Source: Bdellovibrionales bacterium (GTDB taxonomy: Bacteria > Bdellovibrionota > Bdellovibrionia > Bdellovibrionales > UBA1609). From it: a stretch of DNA of 64,000 nt. Position 1 is the stretch's first letter, and each line of letters opens with the position of its first letter. Below the pieces are notes generated by a model. The model did no database searches. It was not told the origin of the DNA and was given only the letters and a program-made list of their open reading frames with translations. Below, piece after piece: positions 61,617-64,000 of this stretch. A program made the position numbers and the translations under genes. Where the stretch lies: the NCBI GenBank assembly GCA_965200025.1, contig OZ241325.1, positions 986,229-1,050,228 of the forward strand, written 5' to 3'.

Positions 61617-64000
61617 ATTTCATAAACTCTGAGTGTTTTTGATCAAAAGACTCTATAAGAGATAAAATAATTTTTCTTTTGTCTGTTTCATCAAAAGTGT
61701 TTAAAATCATTTTTATTTTCTCTAAAGAAGATTTAAGATGTTTGTTCACATCAAATGAAGTACCTAATTTAACAAAGGTCTTTTTATTTTTCCCTTTATC
61801 TATAAAAGCCAAAACAGATTGCCCCTTAAAATGAGGGCTGGCTATCTCACATGCCAGTTCAATCTCTGTCTGCACCCTCTTAAGAGCAAACTCAAATCTG
61901 GAGTACCCTTTGTTATCCCAATATCTGGGGGATGAACCAGTTAATACATCAGCGATTGTTTCCAAAAAATACTGCTTATAACCGGAAGAATCAAAATTCA
62001 ACACTCTTCCTGTAAAACGGGCGGTGTGAGAACTCAAAGGAAAATCTTTCACCTGTGAGAGAGTTTTTTGAAAATTTTGAATAAAATTGTCTTTTTCCAT
62101 AAGTTTAAAAGAATTGTTTAAGCATTTTGTTCTTATAAAATCTATAAAACCTGACAGGTCATTTTGGATTTTTAAAAGCAGATTTTTATAAATGCCTTCA
62201 ATCTCTATTTGAGTGGCCTGTAGTTTTGACAGCAGCTCTGTTATTTCCTTTTTTTTTGTTTTTAAATGGATGTTTGATTTACCAACACAGCCTGGTATTC
62301 CATTAAAAAGAAACTTGTCAGGCTCTTTGGCAGAATCGATTTGAATAAGCAGCTTTCTTCCTGATTGAGACAAGGCAGAGGACAGTTTGGTAGACTCTGG
62401 TATTTTTTTTCTCCACCTCAAGAGTGCCTCAATCACAGAGTGTAAAGACACACCCTGGGCTTTAAACATTTGAGCCAGTTTATCCAAAAAATTTTGCTGC
62501 ACATCATCTATAGTTGTGTAATGGATAAATGTTTTCTTAGGGTACTTCATTAAAAGATCATAATGATCCCCATCCAGCTCTTTGACATAAACCTCATCCA
62601 AATAATGGCTGACAGGCTGCTTAAAACACAAATCAGACAGGGCCATAAAAACAGGCATTACTCCCAACCTTAAACCATAAGGGGGGGAAGCCAGTATATC
62701 CAACAAATCAGCCCCACAAATACCATGGGGGTATTGAGAGAGAATCTCCTGATAGGCTTCAAAAAACTTATAGTAAGGTGACTTTTGAGACACCTGATAA
62801 GTGTTTGTTAAACCATGATATTTAAAATTTGAAAGCCTGAGCATGGCATTAAAAATAACATACTCCGGCCCACGACCCTCTATAAGATGAGCTATATTGT
62901 GTGAGGGATTTTTTTTGTGTTTTCTTAAAAGATCAATAAACTTCTTTCGGGCCAGGGTAATACTCCCCGAAACACTGTGTCTGTTCATATACTCCAGATT
63001 AAAACTGATGTATTGGTTGTATTCTTTCTCAAAAAGATTGCCCAAATATCTCTGTAGCTCTTTAAAATGAGTGATTTTTCTTAAATTACATCCTGCACTT
63101 TTTAAATAACCAGATTTGGGATAAATAACATGGACAGACAACTCCATACAACCAATAAGTGGTCTTAATAAAGAGCTTATGGAGGTCAGTAAAACCTCCT
63201 TGTGGCGGTCCAGTTCTTTTTTTACCAAAGGGCTGGCTGATAAAATTTCTTTATTATTGTACAAACAATCCACAGCATTTAACTCTTCAATATCCTTCCT
63301 GCATTCTATAAATTTCACAGGCAAAACAAAAACAGTGAGCGAAGAAGGTATGCCACGAATAACAGATTTTGCATAAGTCATCTCATCGTGGCTAAAGGGA
63401 ACAACATAAAAAACCCTGCCGTCCTCCCTTAAAAAATCAACAATGTTCTTTTTTGTCTTTAAACTTTTTAACTCCTCAACAGAGATCATCTCTGTCCTGT
63501 AAAAACGGGTAATGGCATGGTCAAAGTTATACTTTTTGGGAATAATGAAGTTTGTTTTAAAATACCTCTTCAAAATTTGAACAAGGGTTTTTCCCGTTAA
63601 GGTTACATTTTTTAACTTTGCAATTTCCTCATCAATATCAACAGGGGTGCCTTCCTGCAAAAGATATTGTTTTGTGGTTTTGTTGTAAAACACCACTCTT
63701 TGAGCTTTCAGAAACTTTAAAGATTTTTCAATATCTGATTTTGAAAACACCTGATTAAAACATGAGGTAATAAACCCCGCTGTTAAAGGGGCAAAGTGAG
63801 TGTCTTTAATAACAGCACACAAAGCCATAAGGCTTATCACCTGTTTGGAAACCTCGTCTTTTTTGTGAACCCTGTTAAAAGCCTCCTCAGTCATGAGTTG
63901 AATTTTATAAGTCCCACCAATACCAATATCTTTTGCAATCAAAAGTTTAAAGTACTGATACAAGTCATAAGGCATTAACAAAGTGGTTTCATTTTTAAAA
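61576..64000 (-). CDS. Large uncharacterised protein (>=808 aa), N-terminus outside the window; candidate SspC/BrxC-like component
   Basis: The frame remains open from the TTG at 63981 to the window edge. No Walker A is visible in the present part. Its stop overlaps the PAPS-reductase gene. Confidence 0.6.
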   Translation of the reverse strand, partial: FKNETTLLMPYDLYQYFKLLIAKDIGIGGTYKIQLMTEEAFNRVHKKDEVSKQVISLMALCAVIKDTHFAPLTAGFITSCFNQVFSKSDIEKSLKFLKAQRVVFYNKTTKQYLLQEGTPVDIDEEIAKLKNVTLTGKTLVQILKRYFKTNFIIPKKYNFDHAITRFYRTEMISVEELKSLKTKKNIVDFLREDGRVFYVVPFSHDEMTYAKSVIRGIPSSLTVFVLPVKFIECRKDIEELNAVDCLYNNKEILSASPLVKKELDRHKEVLLTSISSLLRPLIGCMELSVHVIYPKSGYLKSAGCNLRKITHFKELQRYLGNLFEKEYNQYISFNLEYMNRHSVSGSITLARKKFIDLLRKHKKNPSHNIAHLIEGRGPEYVIFNAMLRLSNFKYHGLTNTYQVSQKSPYYKFFEAYQEILSQYPHGICGADLLDILASPPYGLRLGVMPVFMALSDLCFKQPVSHYLDEVYVKELDGDHYDLLMKYPKKTFIHYTTIDDVQQNFLDKLAQMFKAQGVSLHSVIEALLRWRKKIPESTKLSSALSQSGRKLLIQIDSAKEPDKFLFNGIPGCVGKSNIHLKTKKKEITELLSKLQATQIEIEGIYKNLLLKIQNDLSGFIDFIRTKCLNNSFKLMEKDNFIQNFQKTLSQVKDFPLSSHTARFTGRVLNFDSSGYKQYFLETIADVLTGSSPRYWDNKGYSRFEFALKRVQTEIELACEIASPHFKGQSVLAFIDKGKNKKTFVKLGTSFDVNKHLKSSLEKIKMILNTFDETDKRKIILSLIESFDQKHSEFMKYEEGYSREPEIHA

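Noticed and set aside
57367-64000. Interpretation of the right-edge operon as type 4 BREX (PAPS-reductase brxP plus DUF499 brxC)
   Set aside because: No PglZ or BrxL is visible. A dedicated cysteine desulfurase and a DUF262/DUF1524 protein fit a phosphorothioation (Ssp/Dnd-like) logic better. It cannot be fully excluded because the upstream genes lie outside the window.
1-64000. Search for prophage, integrase, transposase, rRNA or CRISPR-Cas content
   Set aside because: None of the translated ORFs shows integrase (R..HxxR..Y), DDE transposase, capsid/terminase or Cas hallmarks, and no rRNA-like sequence was seen. The accessory regions appear to spread by duplication and recombination rather than by recognisable mobile-element genes.

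Overview
This is a 64-kb chromosomal window from a moderate/low-GC diderm bacterium. Lipobox lipoproteins and beta-barrel proteins ending in Phe support the diderm call; the taxon cannot be assigned from this window alone. The housekeeping backbone is: acyl-CoA dehydrogenase, erpA-like Fe-S carrier, CCA/poly(A) polymerase, pyrC, a Fis-type HTH protein, polA, a lytic transglycosylase, three clustered tRNA-Leu, a nifS/iscS-like desulfurase, an orphan peptide-type SBP, rpsP-KH-rimM, rpsL-rpsG-fusA, pheS, a ZIP-like transporter, a CBS protein, tRNA-Ala, bioB and plsC. No rRNA, CRISPR array, integrase or transposase was seen. Five accessory blocks are interleaved with this backbone. (1) At the left edge, a giant coiled-coil protein (N-terminus outside the window) is followed by two lipoproteins built from 8-residue [LF]TxEQ[IV]xx repeats. 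(2) Four paralogous two-gene modules each pair a secreted metzincin-type protease (HExxHxxGxxH) with a translationally coupled 8-Cys lipoprotein. They sit among eukaryote-like 24-residue LRR proteins (3 intact, 1 frameshifted, plus remnants), two Cys-rich secreted proteins and a mosaic of intergenic repeats. The module copies share near-identical 5' leaders and 3' ends but have divergent cores. (3) One Cys-rich gene is cut off from its ATG and signal peptide by a G10 tract, which looks like a phase-variable OFF state. (4) A single-gene islet at tRNA-Ala encodes a DarT-like (DUF4433) domain fused to a macrodomain. (5) At the right edge, a beta-class DNA methyltransferase converges on a tightly coupled minus-strand operon. 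That operon encodes a large protein (truncated by the window), a PP-loop PAPS-reductase-like protein, a DUF262/DUF1524 nuclease-like protein and a cysteine desulfurase. It looks like an Ssp/Dnd-type phosphorothioation defence locus with non-canonical gene order. All calls come from reading the sequence and ORF translations by eye; no database search was run.
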